This document shows positions 26,701 to 39,853 of a DNA stretch of 64,000 nt, piece by piece. Position 1 is the first letter of the stretch. The number at the start of each line of letters is the position of its first letter. The stretch spans positions 65,140,788 to 65,204,787 of the forward strand of contig CM120640.1 in the NCBI GenBank assembly GCA_051362555.1, written 5' to 3'. This stretch comes from Lingula anatina. Lineage: Eukaryota; Animalia; Brachiopoda. A model generated the notes under the pieces. That model did no database searches and had not been told where the DNA came from. It saw only the letters and a list, made by a program, of their open reading frames with translations. Position numbers and translations under genes: made by a program.

Positions 26701-29700
26701 ATAGTAAAATTTACTATATATATAAAGATTAACAGTGTGTGTGCCTTCTTGTGTGCATGTAAACATATTATATAATATATAAGTAATCTAAAAAAAAAGC
26801 ACAAATTTATCAAATTTAATTTAAAGTTTTTTAGAGCATAAAAGGGGAAATTAATTTTATCCTGACCTGCTTCCAGACACATCCAGCCATGTAAACCATT
26901 CATGGGAGCTATCTCTACTGATTGGGATGCCAAGATCCTTTAGATTCTTCTCCAGGGCATCTTGACGAATTCTGCGCAATGCGACATCTTTTTCTTGACC
27001 AGTCATTTGATCAAACAAGTTACTCATCTGCACCAGTAACTCCGACAACTGCAGCTAGAGTGCATATATCTGATTATTTTAACAGTATGGGTTGTAATGA
27101 AAATTATTGAAATTAAATTAGCAAATATCAAAATAACAAATGTAGACAGCAAAGTTAATGGGTTTAAGATGGAAGGCTCCAACATGTTTTTTAAAAGTAA
27201 AAATTGCAAATTCTTGCCAAATTAATGGTAGAACCCCCAACCCCATCCTCACCCTATTAAAATTTACATACCAGCAGTTGTGGTCGTCCCAATGCTGTCA
27301 ACTTGATAGCTGCAAATCCTGTGCTTCCAGTGGCACCTTAATAACATACAAAGTGATATAGAACTATATGTAACAAATATCCATTTTTCTTGGAGATTTG
27401 ATCTATTTCCCCTTTACTGTCAAGGTACATAAGAACTAAAACTGTTTACAGAATTGGGATTAATAATTTTTGAGTTCCAAGTTGCTAGTTTTTGAGTCAG
27501 TCTCATAATGGATATGGACACTGGTAAAATTCACTCATGACAGAAAAAAATTAAAAATGTAAGACTGGAGTAAGGGCTTTGGGTAGGATATATACTTCAG
27601 TTTTAAATGGAAAATTGCTGAAATTTTCAAGAAAACCTGCTTTTTCATTAAGTATAGAACTCAAATTAGGGTTTACAGATTGTGACAATGTCAGCTGTAT
27701 TGGACATAGTATACTCTTGTGAAAATTGAAAAACTGCATGCTGAAATTTCCAGGAAAATTGATTTTTGTTATATAAAGGTCTAACACATAGTATGCATTT
27801 CATCATGTTGAGAACTTAAATCAGAACAATAAGGAGGATTGAAGCACTGGCATATGTTACAACTTTTGAGCAGACAAAGATATCAATGTTCCCTCATAAA
27901 TATCAAATTATAGTTCTCAAAACCAGCAGTTATCTTGTTCATAGTTTCATTTTTATCAATACATGTTAAAACCTCAAATGAAAAAATTACCAGAGACAGC
28001 ATCAATACAAGTTTTAAAAATTTCCATGTTTTCATCACACTGGGCTTCATCCTCATAGAAATAGGTTCTGGCGCTGACAACATCCTCTCTTCTGTCACCA
28101 AACTCTTGATGTGCACGGAAACGAGCATCAGATCCTTCAGCTACAAAATAAAATTAATTTTTAACAGTGTGCCTTTTTAACTGAATGAAATGAACTTCAA
28201 TTAGGGATGTCTACACTAAAAATAACGGTCTGGGCCAGCTTCCCAACAATCAATCTCTTGTAACTATTCTGTGAGAAGTCGAAAATGAAAATCTGCTAAT
28301 AATATTCAACTTTCATTCTTATTCATATGATAAATATGAATAATTCTGATGCTGGAACTTACATTTAGCAACTGACAGACACTGCAGTTTCAACCTGAGT
28401 TGCTAAATATAAGTTCCAGTTATTCATAATTTATCATTTTTATTCTACTGGATGACTAACAACATTCACTCATTCTTATTCATACTTTATATTACTATAA
28501 TTCAGTGTAAATGCAAGCTAGGTATCAGATCCAAATTGTTTTACCTAAAGGTTGATTAACAAAGCAATGTTTGGAATAACTTGTTCATTACTTATTAATT
28601 ATTACTGGAGAAGTAATTTGAATATCAGGGGCAAAGAGAGTTAAACATTCCATGTACCACATAAATGCTACCTGAAATCTGTACACAGCTACCTGGTACA
28701 TGTAATGCAGCTTAGGCCATACAGTCTTATTCATACTGTAGTCAGTAGAATTAATTGAATGCTACAAACCAATTTTTTTTATCTTGTGAAGCTCTGTGGT
28801 TGTAAGTTAAAATTAAAAAACAATTTCTTTTAGCATTTAACTGTATATTTTCAAACTCATAATAAGTCTTTAAAATACCAAATCTAAAAACATTTTTCTG
28901 ATAAAAATTGAAGATAACTGACAACTATATAACCTTTAAGTTACCATTCTTTGTTGAGTCTGTAGGTAAAAATAAACGGTCAATGACCCACAACTACTAA
29001 GTAAAGACCAGTTGACCTTTTATTCTGACAACTCCTATAACAGAATTCTGTGTGAAGAAGGTAAGGTTATATTCTTTATGAAGGTCAACTTGTGTAGAAC
29101 CGCAAATGAAAATCTTCTACCAAAAGGTATTTGCCCCCCTTAACCAACATCTACAGAAGCATGTAGATCTTAGTTGAATATTTTATTATCTTTTTTTTTT
29201 CAATTCTCTTGCATACATTCATGGAACTCACTATGCCAATAACATACTGGTAGCTCAGGCTATATAATCCTAGCACCTGGGTTTCAGATTCTCACAATTA
29301 TATGGGGCACAATTAATGGAACACATTGAATATTTATGCAAACAATCCTTTTCATCAAAACACACATATAATAGCCATATGTAAATAACTATACATTCAA
29401 TCTGTATCGTAGGTTAAGAAAATAGTCACATAATGGCATGGCAAACTCTAATATTCATCATACATACAAGGAGTTTCAACAGAAACTCCTTGATACATGT
29501 AACAGGTTACATGTACATTGACAAGTGAATTATTGCTACTCCATCTTAAACGAAGTTGATCTAGACTAACTGGTAATCTATCTTGTTATCACAAAGTAAG
29601 CATCACACAGTTCTTTGTTTGTTTGTTTGCATTTGTTTGTTCATTTGTGCACATGCATGCATGAGAGTGTGCATGTATGTGAATCTAGCAACAGGCCTTC

Positions 29701-32368
29701 CAAAGTCATCATTTTGAAAATGGTTGTTACAGTATTGAAAAGCCTCAAACATCTGTTGATTTTGGCCATTTTGTCTGTTGACTTTCTGCACTTTTCAATA
29801 AAGTAAAATTACAAAATGTTTTTTTCTCTTTTACCATAAAAATACAAAATATTTTTGGTTCAGGAGCCATTACAAATTGAGATGTGCGTTAAATAAATCA
29901 CTAACCTATTGAGTGTCCATCTTCAGCAGCTGGAACACAGCTCCTGCAGAACATAATGTTTTTTTAATAGAAGATTGCCTATGACAAACAGTCTCATACT
30001 AACCTTCGATATATAGCAAAAAGAATTAGCTGCTGGGAGTGTTTGACATCATATAAGATAAGAAAATTGCAAGAATGTACCTAAGTTTAACTTTTCAGCT
30101 AAAGAGGTGAAACTGTTTGTGGTGGGATTGTCTGTCCTAGGAAACAATGCAGAAAGTGACATGCTAAATATGAAGAAATTGTACTGTTGTGCAATAACCT
30201 GCAATTCAGCAGATTTAAAAAGAAAAGGACCAAAAATATATAACTACAGATCAATTTATTCTTGCCACATTGCACTCTCTAGTCTGCCATATATTTCTGA
30301 CCCCACTCTTTCTAAATCTCATGAAATCTTTCTTGATTATAAGCAAATTCAGGTGACTTGGAGCTATTTTAGAAGATGCCTATGTATTACTTGTCAGATT
30401 AATGTAACGAAAACGGTGAATACATCAAGTAAAATGTAAACCACAATGATGATGGCTTTCTTCCAGACCACTATAACCAGTTGTTAATGATATTTTCCTT
30501 CAGGATGGAGCAACTTTAACATAACTTTAAGGTGATATAAGAACACTAGGAACAAGTTGTGAATGAAGAGCATACAATATAAATATACATGTTTACATAC
30601 AATACAAATGATTCCCAATCCAGGCCATATTACAGAAATATGCCTTATGTTAAAACAACATATTTTTAGTGCACGGTTAATTTTCTGAAGGTTAAGAGTA
30701 AATTTAGGATAGCTCACTTGTGTAACATTTTGGTAATAAAAATGAACTTAATTATAATTCACACAAACTAAACAAACATGAGCATATTACATTACTAGTA
30801 ATTTTTTTCAATCAAATATGGTTAAAATTCAGTTTAGTATAAAAATATCATAAATCTACAACCAACAGCTTACCTTCTTATGAAGAAATAACATAATCTG
30901 GGTGTACTTACGCCATCTCCGCCTTCTTAGCTTGCTCACTGCTTATGTCCTTTTCTACCCCATAGTCCAGGATGGACTTCACTCCATATTGGGCTTGTCT
31001 TCTAATAATAGGCTTGATGGCTTCATTGTCCTCTCCAGCCACAAAGTGACCATAAAATGTGGCTTTCATAACTTTTTCAAAGAGAGTTTTTCCCATCAGT
31101 TTTCTACTCCATTTCATCACCTGCAAAGGTACAGAAAAATATAGCTGGAGCTTGAATCACAAGGTTAACAAAAGGTTTGCCTTACTCTGAAAAACTGCAG
31201 ATCACTTAACTACAGGTATCTTTTTCTCTTATTTAATTTTCTTTTCAAGCATCGTGTTAAAATGTAAAATATATAGTTGTACTGCAATGATTTCAAAAGA
31301 ACAATGTTTTCAAAAGAACAATGTTCAGGGTTACCAACAGACCCTTCAAAATGTGAAGCCAATCTCAGTTGACTAAAGGAACCATTCTGATAGTAAATGT
31401 ACACTAGCTGTACATTCATGACATTGCCGTGCACCTAAAATTTGATAATTAAACCAATATGAAATAAAATCAATCGATTTATCCTATATGAATTTGATAT
31501 CACAGCATGACATCAAATATGAATAGATGACTCTTTATAAGGTAACTGGTCAAACTTCATGCTCTCTGTTCCTCCACAACAAAGAAAAGCAAAAAATAAA
31601 TAATTATAAAGTACTGGTATCCAAGTATCCAATTTGGATCACAAAGTAAAAAAACTAAATATATAAAAAAATCTGTCCCTCTTAACAGAAATAAACTTAT
31701 TCAATCCCTAAGTAGGTAGACTAAGGAAATTACTTTCTCTGTGTAGCACAAAATTCAACTTTTTTTTTTCAAGTATATAAGAAAAAACAAATTTATACAA
31801 AGCAGAAGTTTTAACCCATGAATTTTAGTGATATCTGTGTGTCACGCAAGTACATTTTGTAAGCTACTTCTCTGTTTAGAAAGTAGTTAGAATAATGATT
31901 AAGACTTAGCATAACAAGTTTTAGCATTACTGGCAGTGACACGGTATAATAGACCCGCATTGTTGTCGAACCGTTTCATGGCTCATTAACTTGTCTCGGT
32001 GTGTGGTAGTTTTAAACAGTGATTTACATAAGAAAAACATATGCTAAAAAACATACCTCTTTATTATGTTCCACCAGCCATCTTACTGAGCACAAGTTAA
32101 ATACGAACAAGGCCCTTAAAACCTCGCTCGTTTTCTTGCTTTTATAAGCTTCGGTGGCATTTTCGAAGGTCAAATCTAACTTCTCGTAAGGTTCGTCTCT
32201 ATCTGTTTCTTGAGTGACTTGCGCGTCTTTTTCTTGTCTGACATTTGCTGCAACAGAAGACCTATGTCTTACAGTTTGTTTTGGCCATGTTAAACTTCTT
32301 TTCCCGAGAGAGTTCAGTGATGAAACTGAGTTTAATTTCAGCCTGGAAAACATCCGTCTAGCAGACAT
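23764..32368 (-). CDS. PRODH: Proline dehydrogenase 1, mitochondrial (slgA/PRODH), about 620 aa, 13 exons plus a candidate microexon
   Basis: Exons 32368-32057, 31120-30912, 29943-29906, 28140-27991, 27336-27272, 27054-26867, 26472-26388, 26246-26154, 25827-25681, 25439-25344, 25071-24887, 24547-24459, 23969-23764 (1863 nt, phases consistent). Motifs [122 protein letters not shown]. Confidence 0.95.
25906..26044. repeat. Imperfect inverted repeat (MITE-like hairpin) in PRODH intron 8
   Basis: atgaaaattagcaaacacaagcca...ataccattagctta pairs with taagctaatggtat...tggcttgtgtttgataattttcat. Confidence 0.7.
28327..28437. repeat. Imperfect inverted repeat (hairpin) in PRODH intron 3
   Basis: tgataaatatgaataa...ctggaacttacatttagcaact pairs with agttgctaaatataagttccag-ttattcataatttatca. 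Confidence 0.7.
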
Positions 32369-32610
32369 TTCGTAAACATTGGGGTACTTCTATAAGTAAG
32401 CATTTCGCAGATTCGTGAAAGGTGCGTACGTAACGTTGGCTGTTTTACAAATATGCTGTCTAGCATAAATTAAACAGTAAAATGGTTCCTATATTTTATA
32501 TTATTTGGGTACGAATACAAATCGCAACTGAATCTGGTTTGAATTTAACATAGTAGATATTTCCAGATTTCGGCATATTCTCCCATCCACAGCATCCGGT
32601 CGGAATAAAG
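32369..32610. promoter_or_regulatory. Putative bidirectional promoter between PRODH (-) and TIMM22 (+)
   Basis: Divergent ATGs only 242 bp apart, with a CpG-containing spacer. Confidence 0.65.
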
Positions 32611-34745
32611 ATGGCAGCGCCCACGGGAGGCGGTGTGAGCAGTAACAGCTCCACGGTTTCTGAAAAATCTCCTCTTGCTGACAAATCATTTGCTACTGTT
32701 GTAAGCAGATTAATAGGGGAAGATAAACCAAAGACTTCTGAATATGTTCCACTACCTGTTTTGCCAGGGACTCTCCCAAAATCAAAGGAAGAATTGATGG
32801 TTGCCAGGGCCTTTGAAAGCTGTGCATTCAAGTCCACCTTGAGCTTAGTCATGGGTGTGTTTGCATTGAAATACGCGTGTTTGGCTCTCAGTTTACAGAA
32901 TCTTAGATTTTAATACCAATCTTTGCAAGACAGTAACAGAGACACCAATACCTGGAAAAGTTTATCAAAAATAGCGTACTAAGTATCCTGGACTTAAATA
33001 CCAATCTTCATGCAAGATAATAAATTGGAAGATTATAATCAGTAGACAACACCTTGAATAGTTGAGCAAAAAGAGCGTATTTATTTAACTGCCAGTCTGT
33101 ATCTTTAAGATCATGTACAATATTTGGAAGTTTTGCAGTATCCACATATAACTTTCACATTTTTTTAGCAGTTTTTACATTTTCTTATTCATCTGTGTCA
33201 AAGTTATTTAAATAAAATGTTTTTGTAATTACTTCTGGCCTTTTTTGAGATGTGAGATCCAGCCCATTGAAAGATAATTATGTAAGAAACAACCATGTCA
33301 CCGCAGTTCATAAATTTCTGTGTTTTGGCTAATGATGAGGTAATATGACTTATCATGTGACTTTGAAAATATAGGGTGGTTGTAATACTGAAATGTACCC
33401 AGTATTGAAATTTTTATACGCTTAAAGTTACCGTATTAGTCGTGTGACCAATGAAAATTATTTAAAAAGCTTTGACATAGATGAACAAGAAAATGTAAAA
33501 AAAAAACTGCTTTGAAAATGCGAAAGTTGTCGGATGGACAGAAGACTGCAGAAGTACCCAATATTTTTCAATTCTTTTTGTTTTACTGAAGATGACGCTT
33601 TGATTGCAGGTTTTGGACTAGGAGCCATGTTTGGAGTTTTTGCAGCATCCATTGATCCTATGAGCACAATGACCACAGAAACCCCATCAACACGTGTTTA
33701 CTTAAGAGAAATGAAAAACAGATCAATATCATATGGGAAAAACTTTGCTGTCATTGGCTGTATGTTTGCAGGAACAGAATGCCTTATTGAAACAGTAAGA
33801 ATTGTACCTTTATGTAATTTTTTTAATGAGAATATAAAAAAGTTTGGTTCCTGTGTGCATATTTGGAAATTTTGTAATTCAGTAATGTTTTTGAAAATAA
33901 GTTGTCATTTGTGGTAAGCTTGAAATTTGAGATATGGAAATATTTTTTTATAGCCTTAAACCTGCATGTGATCTTTTTATCTGATGATCTGGACAAATTT
34001 CACATGAACGTTTATAATTTCATTAGGTCATATTGTCATATCAAGAACTATGGACTTGTATTTACTTTATTCTTCTGCACTTCTTCCAAAACTTTTATTA
34101 ATAATTTTTCCTTATTTTTGGTAATATCAGTTTTGATAAATTTGACATAAGGCATGCCAGAGATCCATAAACCACAGAGCATATTATGTCTCATGAACTA
34201 AAATTCATTTTTCCAGTATCGTGGGCAGACTGGTCTTCTCAACGGGACATTTGCTGGGGGACTAACTGGAGGTCTCATTGGACTAAGAGGTGACACATGC
34301 TAAATTTAAATTTTCTGGCAGTTTGTTTTTTATAATTTTACATATTGTAACCAGGATTAAGGTATCTGAGGTGAAACATTATTAGAAGTATCAGTGATCA
34401 GGCTGAGAGGCAGTTGAGATACTTTAGACGTCAATTAATTCAGGCCAGTTTTCTAAATATTATGTAGCCCATTAGAACACCGAGTTCAGACAAAATCAGT
34501 TACTGACTTACTATCATTGGAGTTTATATCTGGTTAGGTTTTTTTAAAGTTAGACATTTCCTGCTAGGAAAAATAGGACAGGTGTTTGTAAAGTAATCAG
34601 TTTTTTAATGATTGTTTTGCTCATTTTTTTAAGTGATAAATACATATATTTTTTCTTTTCAGCTGGTGTGAAAGCAGGTATGTTTGGAGCTGTTGGATTT
34701 GCTGTCTTCTCTACAGTAATTGACTATTATTTCAGGCATTCATAA
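32611..34745 (+). CDS. TIMM22: Mitochondrial import inner membrane translocase subunit Tim22, 194 aa, 4 exons
   Basis: Exons 32611-32854, 33610-33794, 34217-34289, 34663-34745 (585 nt). Motifs [75 protein letters not shown]. Confidence 0.95.
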
Positions 34746-36901
34746 CAATGCCAGGCCACATGAAACCGTCAAAGACTATTAGAAATATTATTGTGACATT
34801 ATGGTAATTTATTTGGTCACCAGGTTTATAAGGATGATTGCTACGTGTTTTGAAAGAGTTCCATGTTTGAACTTTTTAGTGGGTTTCAGGAATGAACATT
34901 TGTGTTTAGACAAGCAGCATAGCATGTTGCTGTGTTTTTCCAATAAAAAGAGAAAGGAATTTATGAAAAAAGATACTCAGTACAGTCAAACCTTAGTAAA
35001 TTTAACTGTTCAAAAAGTATTTGTTCTTGCATTTTGTAAAAATAATAGAATAAATCTCTGTGAAAATAATATTTTTCCATAACAGCTGTTTTTGTTGTGA
35101 TATTCTAGCAGCCACTTTGAATTCTCAGCATTTCATTCCAGAGTGATGGACACTTTGTATACATGTAGTTTAATTTCCCATCTATGATAGACTGTTAGCA
35201 AGCTATTTTTTCATTGCTTGTATCAAGAAATTCAGTATTATAATTGTTTTTAGAAAAGTCATTTGAAAATTAAAATAAGTGCTTGGAATATTTGAATGAA
35301 ATTAAAGTTATTAATGTGTTAATTTGGAGGGTTGCCCATGCCATTACTTTTTTTATTTGCTTAAGTCACAAGAAAAGAATTGAGGGTCAGTTGAAATTTT
35401 GTTTTTGCTTATTACACTTAATGTTTAACAGGAGCTGAATTTTCCCCTTTAAAACATATATTTTATTTATTGTTTTAAGGGGAAGAAATGTCCATTCCAC
35501 TGATTTTAGCATGTTTCTTGGAGACAATCAATTTTATCAGTTACCAATCCAATGTTCAATGCATTTTACCTGCTTTTGAAAAGGTGAAGGTGCATAAAAA
35601 ATTCCGACTCCCTCAAAATTAGCTTTGGTGGCACTTGTTCATCACCTAATCTATTGTGTCTGGCTGAACTCTCTCCCTTTCTCTCTTCATTTATTATCAT
35701 TATTTTTATTATTTATTTTATTTTATTATTTATTATTATTTATTTTCTTTTTTAGTGATCAGAAAATCAATTAAATGTATGGTGTTTCTGTTCTTCACCA
35801 GGAGCCTCTGCCTTTCTTATTTTGTAACAGTGGGAGGACAGTGAGCACCCAAACCCAATATAAAGATGCATATCACATGCTGAGGTATCAAAAAATGGAT
35901 TTGAATGGATTTGAAGTTGTATTCAATTTTTTTTTTTTTTAATGTGTATAGAACAAAAATCCACTGCTGTCTCAGTTTTACATTTACATTTAATTTTTAC
36001 TATATGTTCCGGTAACGTATGTTCTGGGCCATATAATTTTAATGTTTATATCACGTAACAATATGCTTTGTAATGATCCAGTCATGGTAAATTATATGTG
36101 ACGTGAGGATGTTTTTATAAATATTTAAACTGTAACTCAAGTGGCTTTGAGCCATGGCTAATGCTACGTAACGTATGTTCCCCAGAAAAATTGTCAGAAA
36201 TTTGCTCAAGTAGGCCTACTTGGTGCAATAGGAAACAGGATTTTCTGTTGCTGACTGAAAAATATATTGTGATTCTATCATAATTTGACATTTCTGATAT
36301 AATATTTGGACCACAAATGGAAAACAGTTTATTTAATGCTTATTTTACTCAGTCAGTAGAGTGTATCCCCCCCCCCCCCCCCTTTTATAATATTTAGGGA
36401 CAAGCAAACTAAAGTCGGTCCAAAAAATGCAGGCTTAACCATTTCTAGCTGGCAATTAAGTGATTATTCAGTTTGTAGTTCATATACATAATGGGAGTGA
36501 GTATTTTTCATCCAGCTGCATGGTTCTAGTCCTAGTCCTTTGAGTAACAAAGAATTTGCAGGTATATCGTTCTTGGTAGTCGGAACCGTCAAACATCTGT
36601 TAATGCTGTTGATTTGCTGGGAGGTAGTACGCAGTATGTTTTTGAGTAATGTACGAGTCAGGTAGTAAATCTGGCACATAGGCCTAAATATAATATTTGA
36701 ATAATTGATAGCGTGACCTACATATTGATACAGTAGAAACACCGGCTGGTCAACACAAGGGCTTTCTCGTCCGACGTAATTTGGTGTGTGTACATGAAAC
36801 GTTCATAACCGCCCAGTCCTTTCCGTCTCCAAGCCACAGGACTGACAGACGGGTGATCGACTCGGCTACTTGCTACATTATATTACTATTATTAGGGTGC
36901 C

Positions 36902-38073
36902 ATGGCCACGAGGTGGGGAATTTGCAGCGTGGGGACAATAAGTCACGACTTTGCCGTCGCCTTGAAGACCTTGCCCCCAGAAGATCACCAGGTAACTTAT
37001 ATACCAATGATTTATACACCATGCACGAAAAATATTACCTAAGCCTGCTATCTGGGTCATCTGAATCGACAGCGTAGCTCAAACTCGCTTTTCACAGACC
37101 CCCCTACCCTCCAATCGATGTGATCACAGGGTTTCTGTCATGTGTCTGTAGGCGAGTCTGTTACAAAATTCAATTCTATTACACTGTTTACAGACTACAC
37201 TATAGAGACCTCTGTGATCGGAATGTAGACCTCCCCGTATATTAGCGGTGCGTACGTGGTGTGCGGATTTTATTTACCAGGCAAACACAGGTCAAGGGGG
37301 AGGGTAGGTTCAGTTTCAGGTGTGCATTATTTAGTAGTAGGTAGCTATAGACCTTATAGAGTAAAATACTTAAAGGGCATACCGGGAATACTCTTTTCAC
37401 TCCTTTTTTGTCTTATGATAATAGCACAATATGTCCATTACATTGCGGTTCCAGGAAATCGAGACCCCCCCCCTCGTCCTCCGACCCTGCCGTCTTCCCT
37501 TTTACAGTTATCTTACTGTAGTTAAATTTTTTTTTACACATTTTAGATAGCCTCCGTGGCAGCACGCGATCTTGGGCGAGCACAGGAGTTTGCTAAACTG
37601 TTTGACATTCCTACAGCATATGGGTCATACGAAGACTTAGTTAAAGACCCAAATATTGGTAAGAAGGCTAATCTTTATTTATTTATTTATTTTTTTTTAT
37701 TTATTTAATTATTCATTTTTATTTAATTATTTTATTTCTTATTAATTTTTTATTTAATTTTATTATTATTATTATTATTATTTTTTTTTTTTTTGGTCAG
37801 TAAATGAAACAATCGCCATAAATCATTCAATTATTTCAAATTATTAGTTGGAATGAAACACTGTTAAATAAAATATCTTTTTTTTTTTGCATAAGACTTT
37901 CCAACCAGCTCATGCCACAACAATTTTAGATGTTTAATTTAATTTATTTATTTATTTATTTTGTGGGTTAGGTATACAACACCCCGGTTCTTTAGAAACT
38001 CACCTGTGCTCTATGGAGCCTCACTGTCAGGTAATAGAAAGGCGAGTTTCCCGTGACCTCTTAAAATCAGGGT

Positions 38074-38105
<32 letters not shown>

Positions 38106-39853
38106 CCAAAGAGACACATTAGTTCAAAATGTATTTGGAAAATGTTTCACCGATACAAGTCTCGATGCTGTTTTCCAGATGTGGTGTATATTGGTTCGAT
38201 TCACCCGGAGCATAAACGACTGTGCATGTTGGCCCTGAACCACGGCAAGCCGGTTCTGTGTGAGAAGCCCTTTATGCTCAACTCAAAACAGGCCAAAGAA
38301 GTCATTGATTTCGCTAAAGAGAAAAAATTATTTCTCATGGAGGTAAGGAATGAAAATGATTCAGACGGAGTAATGACAAAGATTTTTTTTTCACATTTTA
38401 CCTTCATTGGCGGTAGTGAGAGGTTCTAAGGCTCATTTATATAGAAGTTGAATAATTCCGAAAAGGACGATCCAGCTTGTGCCGTATGTAACTACTGTAA
38501 GCGGGTATTTAGTTAATACTCTTTTTCTTGTCGGGACCAAAAGTTTATAAATCTCTCTAAGTAAATGATATGTTCCAGGCTATTTGGAGCCGCTTCTTAC
38601 CGGGCTATGAGCAGATAAGAAAAGAAATAGCGGAGCAGAATATCGGCGAAGTTCGATTCGTTCAAGCTTCGTTTGGACAGACAATTTCTCACCTGGAGCG
38701 CATCACAAACAGATCTCTTGGTGGAGGCGCGCTCTTGGACATGGGCATATACCCTATACAGTTAGCCTCTATGGTGTTCGGCGAAAGACCAACCAAGATA
38801 GTAGCCACTGGTCATCTTTTCCCAACTGGTAAGTGACCTTAATAAATTACTGTCTTACCTGCTTTTGAGGAAGAACTAAGTTTCCAAACAAAATTAGTTC
38901 TGATCTTTATATTTACCTATTTATTTATCTATTTTAACAATCCTATTTTACTTCTATGTAATTATTTATATATTATATCCGTACACGAAGTAGAACTTGC
39001 TAGCCATTCGAGGCTGAAATTCAACACCGTGACCTCCAAAAAGTTCTATTCTAGGCGTCGACGAGGTGTGCACAATCACTCTGCACTATTCAAAGGGCCG
39101 CATGGCTCAGTTGGCTGCCCACACCAGCGTCCTCTTCCAGAACAGTGCTGTCATCTATGGAACCAAAGGGAAATTAGAGGTAATGGAAATGGGAAAATTT
39201 TATCGAAGGGGAAAGAAAATCATTATCAGATGAAATAAAAGTAGTGAAAATGTGTTATTAAGTACTAGTATATTGTTATGAAGTGGAATGACCTAGAAAC
39301 AATGAAGTTATGAGTTTGAAATGCAAAGCCTTTTTTTTTTTGTGATATCTATTTAGCTTCCAGAAAAATTCTGGTGTCCAACAAAACTGATTACCCCTGC
39401 CAAAACGTACAGTTTCCCGATGCCGGAGACAACATACAAAACCAATTGTGTTAACAGCACAGGTCTTTGCTACCAAGCACGAGCGGTTCGAGAGTGCTTG
39501 AAAAAAGGTACCGTATGAACGCAACTGTAATGTTTAATGATTTAAACGTTTCAAATAAAACACGTCCTGTCATTTTTCTTTATCTGACATTACCCACAAC
39601 CGGTATTATATTCTATGAAATAACATATTTTAATTATTATCAATCGTTTACTGCTAACATTTCCATTTTCACATATAAATGGTTTTTCCTTTGAAAATTT
39701 AACCTACAACTTACATGTAAAATAAATTAACTGTACTGTCTGTTTCCAGGAGAGTTGGAAAGTGCTGTAGTGAGTCATCATGAATCTTTGTTGCTAATGG
39801 AAATAATGGACGAGTGCCGCAAACAAATGGGAGTTGTATACGACATCGAGTGA
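36902..39853 (+). CDS. DHDH: Trans-1,2-dihydrobenzene-1,2-diol dehydrogenase / D-xylose 1-dehydrogenase (Gfo/Idh/MocA family), 331 aa, 7 exons
   Basis: Exons 36902-36991, 37547-37658, 38179-38342, 38579-38828, 39055-39179, 39357-39507, 39750-39853 (996 nt). Motifs [66 protein letters not shown]. Confidence 0.93.

Noticed and set aside
32496-32852. 118-aa antisense ORF
   Set aside because: Shadow of TIMM22 exon 1 and the promoter
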